Origin: Thermococcus kodakarensis KOD1
GTDB taxonomy: Archaea; Methanobacteriota_B; Thermococci; Thermococcales; Thermococcaceae
Assembly: GCF_000009965.1 (NCBI RefSeq)
Contig: NC_006624.1
Location: 1,620,001-1,652,000, forward strand
Length of the DNA stretch: 32,000 nt
Reading direction: 5' to 3'
The notes under the pieces were generated by a model that was given only the letters and a program-made list of their open reading frames with translations, ran no database searches and was not told where the DNA came from. A program made the position numbers and the translations under genes. Below, piece after piece: positions 7,268 through 15,850 of this stretch. Within the stretch, counting starts at the first letter, position 1; every line of letters begins with the position of its first letter.

Positions 7268-8812
7268 GTGAAATCCTTGGAGGGAAGCGAAGAAACTCTG
7301 GGCAAGGTCGCAAAGGGGGCTGGCATAGTCCTAGCAGGAACAGTTGTGGGAATGCTCCTCAACTTTCTCACAAAGGCAGTCCTGGCAAGATACTACGAGA
7401 GGAGCCAGTACGGGTCGTTCACACTCACCGTAACTGTTCTGAGCATTGCAATGACCATAGCCCTTCTCGGACTTCAGAACGGCCTCTCAAGGGAGATAGC
7501 CCGCCACCTCCAGAGGGATAGAGAAGTTGCACTAAAACTGGCGTCAACGGGAGTTTTGATAGGGTCTAGCTCTTCCCTGGCCCTTATACTACTCTTATTC
7601 ACCCTGGCTCCCAATCTTGGAAATGTCCTAAACGACCCGTACCTAAACCAGACTCTCAGAATAGCCTCTCCAGCGCTTCTCCCGATGGTTTTGACTATGA
7701 TAATCGTGGCAATATCCAGGGGACACGGAAGGGTTAGGGAGAACTTCTATTACAGGAACGTCCTCCCCCAGCTCATTTTCCTGGTTTTCCTGGGTATGAG
7801 TTTTCTCTTAAATCTCAGCTTCAACTGGGTGTTCATTTCTTACGTCGCCGCATGGACAATCCCAGCGCTTCTGGGCTTCTTAGATGGCATAAAGCTCGGG
7901 CTGTTGCCGAAAAAACCTGAGTTCGACTGGAATCTCGCAAAAGAACTTTTGGCGTTCTCATTCCCGCTCATGCTGACGGGCATATTGGACTATGTTCTCG
8001 GCTGGACAGACTCCCTGATGCTGGGCTACTATTTTGGGCCTGATAAGGTGGGTCTTTACAACGGGGCGGCGCCAATAGCCAGGGCACTGCCCGTGGTTCT
8101 GAACTCCCTCGGATTCGTGTTTATGCCTATGGCAACGGTGTTTTTTACAGGTGGAAACATTGAAGGGCTGAAAAGGCTATACCAGAGCACTGCAAAGTGG
8201 GGTTTCATCCTGACTTTTCCGGCCTTCCTGCTGGTTTTTGCGTTTCCAAAAGGGACAATAAACCTGTTCTTCGGGGCCAAGTACACCGAAGCGGCGACAG
8301 CCCTGAGAATACTGGCCCTAGGTTTTATGTTCCACGTGGTAATGGGGCTCAACGCTATGAGTCTGGTGGCCGTCGGAAGGACTTCAGACAACCTAATTGG
8401 CAACCTCCTTGCCGCACTCCTAAACGTGGCCCTCAACATGGCCCTCATTCCGGTGTACGGGATAAACGGGGCGGCTTTGGCAACGGCCTCCTCGTATATA
8501 GCGGCGAACCTGTACAGGGTGTCAATCCTCTACAGGACGACTGGAGTCCAACCATTTGGAAAAACCTATGTCAAGGCCCTCTTAATCGGCGCCCTAATGC
8601 TCCTCCTTGGGCTTCTCCTGGGAGATACCGGTTCGATCGTTGGAGCCATCTTAAAGACTGCCATCCTCTACGGTGGTTATCTCATCCTAATCCTTCTGAG
8701 CGGGTGCATAGAGAAAGAAGAAGCTGAAAATCTGGAAAAACTGGCAGAAAAAGCTGGTGTGAACCTAAGATGGCTCATTAGAGCTATGGAAAGGCTTTCA
8801 AAGGATGAGTGA
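7268..8812 (+). CDS. MOP-superfamily polysaccharide/oligosaccharide flippase (Wzx/RfbX-like)
   Basis: 514 aa with about 12-14 TM segments and the typical polysaccharide-biosynthesis-protein organisation. It has a GTG start. The TTTAAA TATA (about 7237-7242) sits about 26 nt upstream, which implies a leaderless or near-leaderless mRNA. Confidence 0.75.
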   Translation: MKSLEGSEETLGKVAKGAGIVLAGTVVGMLLNFLTKAVLARYYERSQYGSFTLTVTVLSIAMTIALLGLQNGLSREIARHLQRDREVALKLASTGVLIGSSSSLALILLLFTLAPNLGNVLNDPYLNQTLRIASPALLPMVLTMIIVAISRGHGRVRENFYYRNVLPQLIFLVFLGMSFLLNLSFNWVFISYVAAWTIPALLGFLDGIKLGLLPKKPEFDWNLAKELLAFSFPLMLTGILDYVLGWTDSLMLGYYFGPDKVGLYNGAAPIARALPVVLNSLGFVFMPMATVFFTGGNIEGLKRLYQSTAKWGFILTFPAFLLVFAFPKGTINLFFGAKYTEAATALRILALGFMFHVVMGLNAMSLVAVGRTSDNLIGNLLAALLNVALNMALIPVYGINGAALATASSYIAANLYRVSILYRTTGVQPFGKTYVKALLIGALMLLLGLLLGDTGSIVGAILKTAILYGGYLILILLSGCIEKEEAENLEKLAEKAGVNLRWLIRAMERLSKDE

Positions 8813-8909
8813 AGCAAAGAGGCTTTGCGAGTAAAAATCCCAACACCTCGGCAAATTTATAAGCCTGCCAAGTTAATACGCACACGAGAAATAAAAGAGG
8901 AGATGTGGT

Positions 8910-10070
8910 ATGGTCTCAACCCTCGCAGTGATCCTCGCGGGAATCGCGGTCTTCTGGATGGTTCTGTACGCCCTCTTCGGAAAGAAGGAGATAGACCCTG
9001 AAACTGGAGAACCCATAGAGAAGGAAGAGGGTCTCAGCGTTGACATGTTCATCGCAATGTGGAGAACAAAGCGCCTCTTGGGGTTCATAGACAGAGTATC
9101 ACGCATCAACCCGCGCTTCTGGAAGGTCTATGCTGACGTCGGCATAGCCCTCGGTTACATGGGTATGGTCTACGTCTTCTACGCCCTTGCAAAAACCGCC
9201 GCTCAAACGCTCCAGACCAAGGGACAGCAGGCTGGGGTTCAACTCGTGATCCCTGGCGTGACGATCCCGCTTTGGTACGGGCTTATCGGCCTCGTTGTTG
9301 TGATGGTCGTCCACGAGCTCAGCCACGGAATAGTTGCGAGGGCCGATAAGCTTCCTCTAAAGTCCGTTGGGCTTGTTCTCCTGGCCGTGATTCCTGGGGC
9401 CTTTGTTGAGCCCGACGAAGAAGAACTTGCAAAGGCGCCCCTCCGCTCGCGCCTCAGGGTGTACGGGGCGGGATCAATGGCCAACATAACAACGGCAATA
9501 ATAACGGCCCTCATAATAACCTACGCAATAAACCCGCTTCTCGTCCCCGCGGGAGTTGAGGTGAAGGGAATAATACCCGGCTCCCCCGCCGAGAAGGTTC
9601 TCCAGAAGGGTGACGTTATAATCGGCATAAACGGGCAGGAAATAAAGACCATGGAAGACTTCATGGAGTTAATGGACAAAACCAAGCCTGGAGAAACCCT
9701 GGAACTTGAAGTCCTAAGAAACGGGGAGAAGATCAGCGTTGAGCTGACCCTCGCAGAGCACCCAGACAGGCCAGGAAAGGGCTTCATAGGGATACAGCCG
9801 GCTCAGCATGTTGAATCGAAAGTCGGGTCTGCGAAGGTAGTCCTCCCGATTTTCTTCGCCCTCTACTGGATATACCTGCTCAACGTTGGGATAGGCCTTA
9901 TGAACCTCTTCCCGCTCGTGCCCCTCGATGGCGGCAGAATGCTGGACGACGTCCTCAAGGAGTACCTCCCAGAGAAAATAGCGAGGCCGGTGAGGTACAC
10001 GACCATAGGCGTTGGACTGCTTCTCCTTGCCCTGAACCTGTGGCCGGCTTTACTGAACCTCGCCGGCTGA
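8910..10070 (+). CDS. site-2 protease (M50 family intramembrane metalloprotease) with PDZ domain
   Basis: It has the HELSHG (HExxH) motif in a TM segment, an inserted PDZ-like segment GIIPGSPAEKVLQKGDVIIGINGQEIKTMEDF, and the NLFPLVPLDGG (NxxPxxxLDG) motif. Confidence 0.9.
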   Translation: MVSTLAVILAGIAVFWMVLYALFGKKEIDPETGEPIEKEEGLSVDMFIAMWRTKRLLGFIDRVSRINPRFWKVYADVGIALGYMGMVYVFYALAKTAAQTLQTKGQQAGVQLVIPGVTIPLWYGLIGLVVVMVVHELSHGIVARADKLPLKSVGLVLLAVIPGAFVEPDEEELAKAPLRSRLRVYGAGSMANITTAIITALIITYAINPLLVPAGVEVKGIIPGSPAEKVLQKGDVIIGINGQEIKTMEDFMELMDKTKPGETLELEVLRNGEKISVELTLAEHPDRPGKGFIGIQPAQHVESKVGSAKVVLPIFFALYWIYLLNVGIGLMNLFPLVPLDGGRMLDDVLKEYLPEKIARPVRYTTIGVGLLLLALNLWPALLNLAG

Positions 10071-10223
10071 ATGGGTTTTCTTTTTACTTTCTCTTCTGAA
10101 AGCCTCGCCGTTCACGGCGGGGAGGAGGTCAGAATGTTTTCCATGGCCACCACCACGTACCCAATATCAAACATCTGCATTAACAGTTTTAAATCTATCC
10201 AAGAATCCAGACCAGGTGAGGAG

Positions 10224-11195
10224 ATGAAGTGCTCCAAATGCGGTAAAACAGCGGTCTATCACGCACGCTACACGGGAAGGTATTACTGTAAGAAACACTT
10301 CAACGAGATGGTTGAGAAAAAGTTCAAGGAGACCGTGAAGAAGTATCGGCTCATAGAGAAGGGTGAGAGGATAGCCGTCGGTGTGAGCGGCGGAAAGGAC
10401 AGCGTCGTCCTCATGCACCTTTTAGCCAAGCTCCGCGAGAAGTTCCCCTTTGAGCTTGTCGCGATAACCATAGACGAGGGGATAGCCGGCTATCGGCCCC
10501 CAAGCGTCGAGATAGCGAAGAGGAACGCGAAAAAACTTGGAATAGAGCACCGCATCTATTCGTTCAAGGAGTACATAGGCTTCACGCTGGACGAAACCGT
10601 TGAGATAATGGGTAGCTTCGAGAAGGGCGAGCGCGTTGGGGCATGCTCCTACTGCGGTGTGTGGAGGCGCTGGCTGCTCAACTACGCGGCGATGGACGTT
10701 GGAGCAGACAAATTGGCGGTAGGCCACAACCTAGATGACGAGGTACAGATGTTCCTGATGAACATCCTGAGGGGAGACATAGCTAGGCTCGGAAGGACAG
10801 GGCCGTACTACGAGGAAATTCACCCCGAGCTCGTTCCGAGGATAAAGCCCCTCCGCGAGATACCCGAGAAGGAAATCGTTCTGTACGCAGTTCTGAACAA
10901 CATCGAGGTGGATTTGAGCGAGTGCCCCTACGCGGTAGAGGCGTTCAGGGCGGAGATAAGGGACTGGATAAACGAGATGGAGGAGAAGCATCCAGGAACG
11001 AAGTATCAGATACTCAGGAGCTACGACAAGCTCTTCCCGCTCATAGCGAAGACCTACACTAAGAAGACGAGCGAGCTGAACCGCTGTAAGATATGCGGAC
11101 AGCCAACGACGGGGGAGATATGCAAGGCCTGCCAGTTCAGGCTCCAGGTGGAGAAGAAGGCCAGGGAGAAGGGTCTGACTTTCAGGGTTGAGTGA
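10224..11195 (+). CDS. tRNA 2-thiolation PP-loop ATPase (TtuA/NcsA family)
   Basis: From ATG 10224, which has an AGGTGAGGAG RBS, it reads MKCSKCGKTAVYHARYTGRYYCKKHF (N-terminal Zn finger). It also has the PP-loop GVSGGKDS and a C-terminal CKICGQPTTGEICKACQF finger. TATA TTTTAAAT at 10187-10194 lies inside the track's longer ORF (10071), so the 5' extension is rejected. Confidence 0.85.
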   Translation: MKCSKCGKTAVYHARYTGRYYCKKHFNEMVEKKFKETVKKYRLIEKGERIAVGVSGGKDSVVLMHLLAKLREKFPFELVAITIDEGIAGYRPPSVEIAKRNAKKLGIEHRIYSFKEYIGFTLDETVEIMGSFEKGERVGACSYCGVWRRWLLNYAAMDVGADKLAVGHNLDDEVQMFLMNILRGDIARLGRTGPYYEEIHPELVPRIKPLREIPEKEIVLYAVLNNIEVDLSECPYAVEAFRAEIRDWINEMEEKHPGTKYQILRSYDKLFPLIAKTYTKKTSELNRCKICGQPTTGEICKACQFRLQVEKKAREKGLTFRVE

Positions 11196-11273
11196 ATTTG
11201 ATAAACAGGGATTTATAAATGGCTGTAAAGTATACTTAGCAATGTTTATAAACAAAGGAGCGAATATAAAATC

Positions 11274-12548
11274 ATGAAGGAGAGCCTTGCGAGAGTCCTA
11301 ACCGAATGGCAGGAGACCTGGACACCGGAGCTCATTGAGAGGGATTTTGATTTCTCATTAATCCCTGAAAAGCCAAGAAAGGTCGTCACCTTTGCCGGCT
11401 GCCGGAGGACGGGAAAGACGTATCTAATGTTCCAGCTGATCAACGAGCTGTCAAAGAAAGTCCCGAAGGAAAGAATCTTCTACATCAACTTTGAGGACGA
11501 GAGGCTCGAAAAGAACATTTCGACGCTTACCGGGCTGATACCAACAATCGAGGAGCTTTTTGGAACCTCAGCGGAGCTTTACCTCTTCCTCGACGAGATA
11601 CAGAACGTGGAAGGGTGGGATTCCTGGGTCAGGAGGGTTCATGATTCTGGAAAGGCGAAGCTGTTCCTAAGCGGTTCCTCCTCAAAGCTCTCTAGCAGGG
11701 AGATTCCAACTTCCCTCAGAGGTAGGGCACTAACTTTCGAGGTGTTCCCATTGAGCTTCCGGGAGTTCTTGAGATTCAAGGGGTTTGAAGTTCCGTCGAG
11801 GGTGGAATTCAGCTCAAAGAAGCCCAGACTTCTGAACCTCCTTAGAGAGTACGTAACCTACGGTGGTTTCCCAGAGGTTGTTCTGGCGGATGATCCGAGG
11901 GTGAAGAGGCTCATAGTTACCGACTATTTCAACACCATAATAGCCCTCGACGTCGTTGAACGGTACTCATTGAGAAACCCGGAGGAGCTCAGGGCGTTTC
12001 TCAGGCTGGCCCTCAATTCGGAGTACCTGAGCCTGAGCAAAATGGAGAGAACCCTCAAGAGCCTCGGCTACAGGATAAGCAGGCTGACCCTCGCCAACTA
12101 CTTGAGGTATCTGAGCGAGTCCTACTTCCTCTTCCCGGTCGAGGTACTTTCACCTAAAGTCCGCCTCAGGATCGGCCATCCCAAAAAGGTCTACTTCGTC
12201 GACAACTCGTTCCTGACGTTCCTCAGCGTCAAGTTCAGCGAGAACTTTGGAAGGCTCATGGAAAACACAGTCTTTCTGGAGCTTAGGAGGAAGGGAGAGG
12301 AAATCAACTACCTCCTCAACGAAAACTGGGAAATTGACTTCGCCCTACCTGAGAAGGAGACCCTCATCCAGGTGAGCTACGACTTAAGCGATCCAGAGAC
12401 CCTCGGGAGAGAACTTAAGGCGGTAAAAGCGGCGAGGAGGGAGACGGGATGGAAGAAAGCCTACGTTATAAACTGGGACATCGAGAAGGAAGTAGATGGG
12501 ATAAAGTTAATCCCCCTATGGAGGTTTCTGCTTGAGGAGGATTATTGA
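11274..12548 (+). CDS. AAA+ ATPase of the AAA_14/DUF4143 family (COG1373-like)
   Basis: Walker A is GCRRTGKT and Walker B is LFLDEIQ. The C-terminal half is typical of DUF4143 and ends ..IKLIPLWRFLLEE. Two TTTATAAA TATA elements lie at 11207-11260. Confidence 0.8.
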   Translation: MKESLARVLTEWQETWTPELIERDFDFSLIPEKPRKVVTFAGCRRTGKTYLMFQLINELSKKVPKERIFYINFEDERLEKNISTLTGLIPTIEELFGTSAELYLFLDEIQNVEGWDSWVRRVHDSGKAKLFLSGSSSKLSSREIPTSLRGRALTFEVFPLSFREFLRFKGFEVPSRVEFSSKKPRLLNLLREYVTYGGFPEVVLADDPRVKRLIVTDYFNTIIALDVVERYSLRNPEELRAFLRLALNSEYLSLSKMERTLKSLGYRISRLTLANYLRYLSESYFLFPVEVLSPKVRLRIGHPKKVYFVDNSFLTFLSVKFSENFGRLMENTVFLELRRKGEEINYLLNENWEIDFALPEKETLIQVSYDLSDPETLGRELKAVKAARRETGWKKAYVINWDIEKEVDGIKLIPLWRFLLEEDY

Positions 12549-12732
12549 GACTCCAATACCGCCCGAAGAGCTTGAGGAAATCCGCCGTCGGAGCGGGACA
12601 AGGGTGAGACTGGCTCTTCTTGAAGTGATTGTAAAAAACAGAATCCCGCTCAAAAGGGTGGCAATTGAGGGAGAAGACGAGGAGATAAAGAGGTTCATGG
12701 AGTTTCTGATGAGGGCGAGGGCCGGTGGATAG
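12532..12732 (+). CDS. small hypothetical protein (66 aa), charged/helical
   Basis: It has a TTG start overlapping the ATPase stop by 17 nt. The codon usage and E/R/K-rich composition look coding, whereas the opposite-strand ORF 12516..12740 is a low-complexity Ser-rich shadow. I do not recognise a family. Confidence 0.35.
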   Translation: MRRIIETPIPPEELEEIRRRSGTRVRLALLEVIVKNRIPLKRVAIEGEDEEIKRFMEFLMRARAGG

Positions 12733-13485
12733 CTACTCAATGTGGACTTGCCCCTCTCCTATCCAGAAGTCATATCCACCTTCTTTGGGCTTAAAGTCCG
12801 GCAAAGGCGACTTTCTTATTACCATTTTTTCCCTGAATGTCTTCGAGGAAGAGCAGAATTCTATGACGTACTGACTGTAGAGGGCAATCCAAGCAGTCAA
12901 CCTCTCTGAGGCTCTGCCCTTGTTCAAGAGAAAGATGTTTATCGGCCGCTTCCTCTTTTCAGTTATTCTCGCCTTTTCCTTCAGGGCAATGAGATTCTGG
13001 AACAATTTGATGAAATTGTCTTCACCAAACAAGAACGCCAGACCGTCTATCGTGAAGTCTATACCAATGGGGCGTCTGTCCTTAATCTTCTCCTCAAGGA
13101 TGCGCCGATAGAGGTAGTTGTATTTGGGCACAAAGGTTGAAGTGTCAATGCTTTTATTCGTATAAACAAAATCCAAGGGGTAATCAACACCATAAATTGA
13201 CGAGAATAAATCCACGATTGCGAGATTATTCTTTTTGCCAAATTCCTCAATGTCAAATCGAATAAGCCCCAGCTCCATTTTTAAAGGTGTGAAAGGCAGC
13301 ACTGAGTCTAAAATTACACCGAAATCGCCTTCCATTATGCGGTTTCTCAGTATTTCAAAGGCCAGAGTCCAGCCGTTTGAGTATGAATCGTACACTATGA
13401 GAATGTTACTGTCTTCCAGTAATCCTCCTCCAAGTGCGTCATCGAGGATAGGAATGCCTGTACTCAGAAGTTCCATAATCATCAC
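12733..13485 (-). CDS. KaiC/RadB-like RecA-superfamily protein with degenerate (lost) Walker A
   Basis: The N-terminus STGIPILDDALGGGLLEDSNILIVYDSYSNGWTLAFE aligns with KaiC/RadB STGIPGLDELLGGGxxxGSxxLxxGxPGTGKTxxxxQF, but YDSYSNGWT replaces GxxGxGKT. The Walker-B-like LAIVDLFSS is retained, and the C-terminus ..MVIRKSPLPD-x-YDFWIGEGQVHIE is KaiC-like. The gene is visibly AT-richer than its flanks. Confidence 0.65.
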   Translation of the reverse strand: MMIMELLSTGIPILDDALGGGLLEDSNILIVYDSYSNGWTLAFEILRNRIMEGDFGVILDSVLPFTPLKMELGLIRFDIEEFGKKNNLAIVDLFSSIYGVDYPLDFVYTNKSIDTSTFVPKYNYLYRRILEEKIKDRRPIGIDFTIDGLAFLFGEDNFIKLFQNLIALKEKARITEKRKRPINIFLLNKGRASERLTAWIALYSQYVIEFCSSSKTFREKMVIRKSPLPDFKPKEGGYDFWIGEGQVHIE

Positions 13486-13540
13486 CAGAGTATTTGGTGT
13501 GCATGGAATATTTAATGGTATCGTGTTCCCGGAGGAAACA

Positions 13541-13555
13541 CTCTGAAATTCAGAG
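13541..13555. promoter_or_regulatory. perfect 15-nt palindrome CTCTGAAATTCAGAG between two divergent TATA boxes
   Basis: It lies between the TATA of the KaiC-like gene (reverse-strand TTAAATAT, about 13508-13517) and the TATA of the membrane/wHTH operon (TATAAATA, 13567-13574). It is a candidate operator. Confidence 0.35.
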
Positions 13556-13583
13556 AAACTCCACGCTATAAATAGGAGAACGT

Positions 13584-13598
13584 CCTATTCTCAATAGG
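13584..13598 (+). promoter_or_regulatory. inverted repeat CCTATT-CTC-AATAGG between TATA and start codon
   Basis: This 6-3-6 inverted repeat sits immediately downstream of TATAAATA (13567-13574) and upstream of ATG 13609. That position is typical of an archaeal repressor site. Confidence 0.3.
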
Positions 13599-13608
13599 GG
13601 TGGTGGAT

Positions 13609-14214
13609 ATGGAAGATGTTAAGGAACTCAAGAGCGTGCTCGAGAAAGTTGAGGGCAAGCTGATAGCGGCTGGAAAGATGTACGCCGCGATGAACTTCGC
13701 GGGTTTTCTGGCGGTGATGACTCTGTTCTACGTTATACTCCGGTTCTTCAACGGCGGGCCCGCTTTCAGCATCGCATACTGGACGGCAGCCACTATCGTT
13801 GTGATTACTTTCACCTCAAAGGTTTGGAGGAGGATAGTGACCATCTCCGGAATCAAAAGGAACTCCGGAAAAAAGATCGGTCTAGAAATAGCGGGTGCAT
13901 GGGTAATCGGCGCTGCGCTTGGCTGGGTTTTGATCCCCTCATTGAATCCAGGGATAAACGAGGAAGCGGGCCTGGCCGTGGGCTTCCTGAGCTTTATCAG
14001 CGTTTCGCTCCTCGGCCAGTGGGCGGTTCTGAAGAAGTGCTGTGGGGCCGAGAACGAGATGGTTCCTGCGTTTCTGATTCCAGCACTGGCCATACCTCTA
14101 GCGTGGGGAATGGGAAGTGGAGCGATGCTCTGGGCCGGCTACGTAGTCTCACTCGGCTTTGCCACGACTATACTTCTATACCTTCACTCCGCCTTCAAAG
14201 CCGTCAAGCGGTGA
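13609..14214 (+). CDS. integral membrane protein, function unknown (about 6 TM)
   Basis: From ATG 13609, preceded by AGGGGTGGTGG, it reads MEDVKELKSVLEKVEGK, followed by hydrophobic helices. Its stop lies 4 nt before the next start, so the two genes form an operon. Confidence 0.6.
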   Translation: MEDVKELKSVLEKVEGKLIAAGKMYAAMNFAGFLAVMTLFYVILRFFNGGPAFSIAYWTAATIVVITFTSKVWRRIVTISGIKRNSGKKIGLEIAGAWVIGAALGWVLIPSLNPGINEEAGLAVGFLSFISVSLLGQWAVLKKCCGAENEMVPAFLIPALAIPLAWGMGSGAMLWAGYVVSLGFATTILLYLHSAFKAVKR

Positions 14215-14218
14215 TAAA

Positions 14219-14521
14219 ATGGAAGCCCTCAGGGAGCTGAGCTCTAACAACGTCCTGGGAAACCCCATAAGGCTCGCCATCATGCTCTACCTCCTGCCGA
14301 GGGAGAGGGCCCTCTTCAGAGACCTCCTGGAAGTGCTTGAGGTAACTCCTGGCAACCTAGACTCACACCTTAAGACCCTTGAGAGGGAAGGCTACGTTGA
14401 GGTCTTCAAGATCATAGCCGACAGGCCGAGGACTGCGGTAAAGATAACCGATAGGGGAGCAGAGGAGACGGGAAAATATTTGAAGGCCCTAAAGAAAGCC
14501 CTAGAAGAGATAGAAGGATAA
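14219..14521 (+). CDS. winged-helix transcriptional regulator (HTH_34 / ArsR-like)
   Basis: From ATG 14219 it reads MEALRELSSNNVLGNPIRLAIMLYLLPRERALFRDLLEVLEVTPGNLDSHLKTLEREGYVEV...RTAVKITDRG. This is a classic wHTH with a recognition helix and a wing. The track's 5' extension (14159) overlaps the membrane gene and is rejected. Confidence 0.8.
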   Translation: MEALRELSSNNVLGNPIRLAIMLYLLPRERALFRDLLEVLEVTPGNLDSHLKTLEREGYVEVFKIIADRPRTAVKITDRGAEETGKYLKALKKALEEIEG

Positions 14522-14523
14522 AG

Positions 14524-15753
14524 CTACGGGTCTTCCTCGCCGGGGAGCTTCTTCGTCCTCGCTATCTCCCCGTAGAGGTAGGCGCTTCCCCTCGGCCTTC
14601 TCTCGAAGGTCTCGAAGTCCACCTCTATCAGCCCGAACCTGGGCTCGAAGCCCTCCCTCCACTCGTAGTTGTCCATGAGCGACCAGTAGAAGTAGCCTCT
14701 GACGTCGAGGCCATCCTCTATCGCCCTGAGAACCTGGCGGAGGTGCTGGATTATAAACTCCTTTCTCCACTCGTCGTCGAGCGTCGCTATTCCGTTCTCC
14801 GTGACGTAGAGCGGCCTTCCGTATTCAGAGGCCCTCCTGAGAGCCAGGTAGACGCCCTCGGGGTAGACGCTCCAGCCCATCTGCGTCCTCCTCTCGCCGA
14901 TCTCTGCATCCTTGGCCTCGAAGAACATCTTCAGTGGGTTGAGGCTTCTCCTAACGGTGCTCGCGGTGTAGTAGTTTACCCCTATGAAGTCAGCATCGCT
15001 CTCCGGGACGGAGTAGGTCTTGAAGGCCCCCCTGTACTTTCCGCTCCATATGGCGTCGAGGAAGTACCAGTTGAAGAGGTTGTCGGCCTTCTGGGCCGCT
15101 TTCTCGTCGCCTTTCCTCTCCGGGAGCATCACGCGGATGTGCTTGACTATCCCAACCTGGAACTTTCCGTGAAGGAGCTCGTAGGCTATTGCGTGGGCCT
15201 TGAGCAGGTTCGCGGCGACCCTGAAGGACTTGAAGGGGCTCTTGATGAAGGGCGGCCAGTAGGCCGTGAGGTAGCCCATCGTCACGTAAACCAGCGGCTC
15301 GTTGAAGGTAGCGACGAGTTTCACGCCTTTGAGGAGCTCCGCGGCTTTATCAACGTACCCCTCCCAGTACTTCAGGTTCTCCTCCTTCAGGAAGCCACCC
15401 TTCCTCATAAACCACAGGGGCGAGGTAAAGTGGTGCAGGGTAACGTTTGGAGTTATGCCCTTCTCAAGCAGGAGCTCAATGATCTCTCTATAGCGGTTGA
15501 AGGCATCCTCGTTGAACTTTCCCTCCTCGGGGAAGAGCCTGCTCCACTCTATTGAAAAGCGGTAGGCGTTGTAGCCCAACTCTGCCATCAGCTCTATATC
15601 CTCTCTGTAAAGCTCCCAGTGATTGCAGGCCTTTCCTGATTTGTAGGGGAGTTTACCCATCTCCTCGTAGTACCACCAGTCGTTCCACTTATTGTCACCC
15701 TCAACCTGGTGAGCGGCAGTTGAAGTGCCAAACAAGAACTTCTCCGGGAACAT
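14524..15753 (-). CDS. GH1 beta-glycosidase
   Basis: From ATG 15753 it reads MFPEKFLFGTSTAAHQVEGDN.., with the acid/base motif TFNEP and the nucleophile motif YVTENG. The reverse-strand TATA TTTATA (15792-15787) lies about 35 nt upstream. The track's longer start (15840) lies across the promoter. Confidence 0.9.
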   Translation of the reverse strand: MFPEKFLFGTSTAAHQVEGDNKWNDWWYYEEMGKLPYKSGKACNHWELYREDIELMAELGYNAYRFSIEWSRLFPEEGKFNEDAFNRYREIIELLLEKGITPNVTLHHFTSPLWFMRKGGFLKEENLKYWEGYVDKAAELLKGVKLVATFNEPLVYVTMGYLTAYWPPFIKSPFKSFRVAANLLKAHAIAYELLHGKFQVGIVKHIRVMLPERKGDEKAAQKADNLFNWYFLDAIWSGKYRGAFKTYSVPESDADFIGVNYYTASTVRRSLNPLKMFFEAKDAEIGERRTQMGWSVYPEGVYLALRRASEYGRPLYVTENGIATLDDEWRKEFIIQHLRQVLRAIEDGLDVRGYFYWSLMDNYEWREGFEPRFGLIEVDFETFERRPRGSAYLYGEIARTKKLPGEEDP

Positions 15754-15813
15754 GGACAGCACCGTACAATTAAACGCACGGGTGGTATAAATCGTTTTCG
15801 GATGATGAAAAAA

Positions 15814-15820
15814 TTTTAAA
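15814..15820 (+). promoter_or_regulatory. TATA box (TTTTAAA) for galT in the divergent bgl/galT intergenic region
   Basis: AAAATTTTAAAGG lies about 31 nt upstream of ATG 15851. Confidence 0.5.
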
Positions 15821-15831
15821 GGATCGAAAAG

Positions 15832-15848
15832 AAGCACCACCGGTGATC
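15832..15848 (+). promoter_or_regulatory. degenerate TGM-like element AAGCAC-CACCG-GTGATC (9/12 match to TATCAC-N5-GTGATA)
   Basis: It lies between the TATA box and the galT ATG, which is the same relative position as the perfect TGM at 716-732. The match is weak. Confidence 0.25.
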
Positions 15849-15850
15849 AA

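Noticed and set aside
10071-10223. 51-codon N-terminal extension of the TtuA-like ORF in the track
   Set aside because: The extension has no family-like sequence and contains the TTTTAAAT TATA box (10187-10194). The ATG at 10224 has a strong AGGTGAGGAG RBS and starts directly at the conserved Zn-finger.
14743-15555. 270-aa + strand ORF, together with similar long ORFs at 15899..16657(-), 10731..11255(-), 21204..21692(+), 22214..22732(+) and 16734..17450(-)
   Set aside because: All lie antisense to, or out of frame with, genes that carry unambiguous catalytic motifs (GH1, GalT, TtuA, DUF460, MFS). Their sequences are R/P/S/G/L-rich and low in complexity. This is typical of mirror ORFs in GC-biased, codon-biased archaeal genes.
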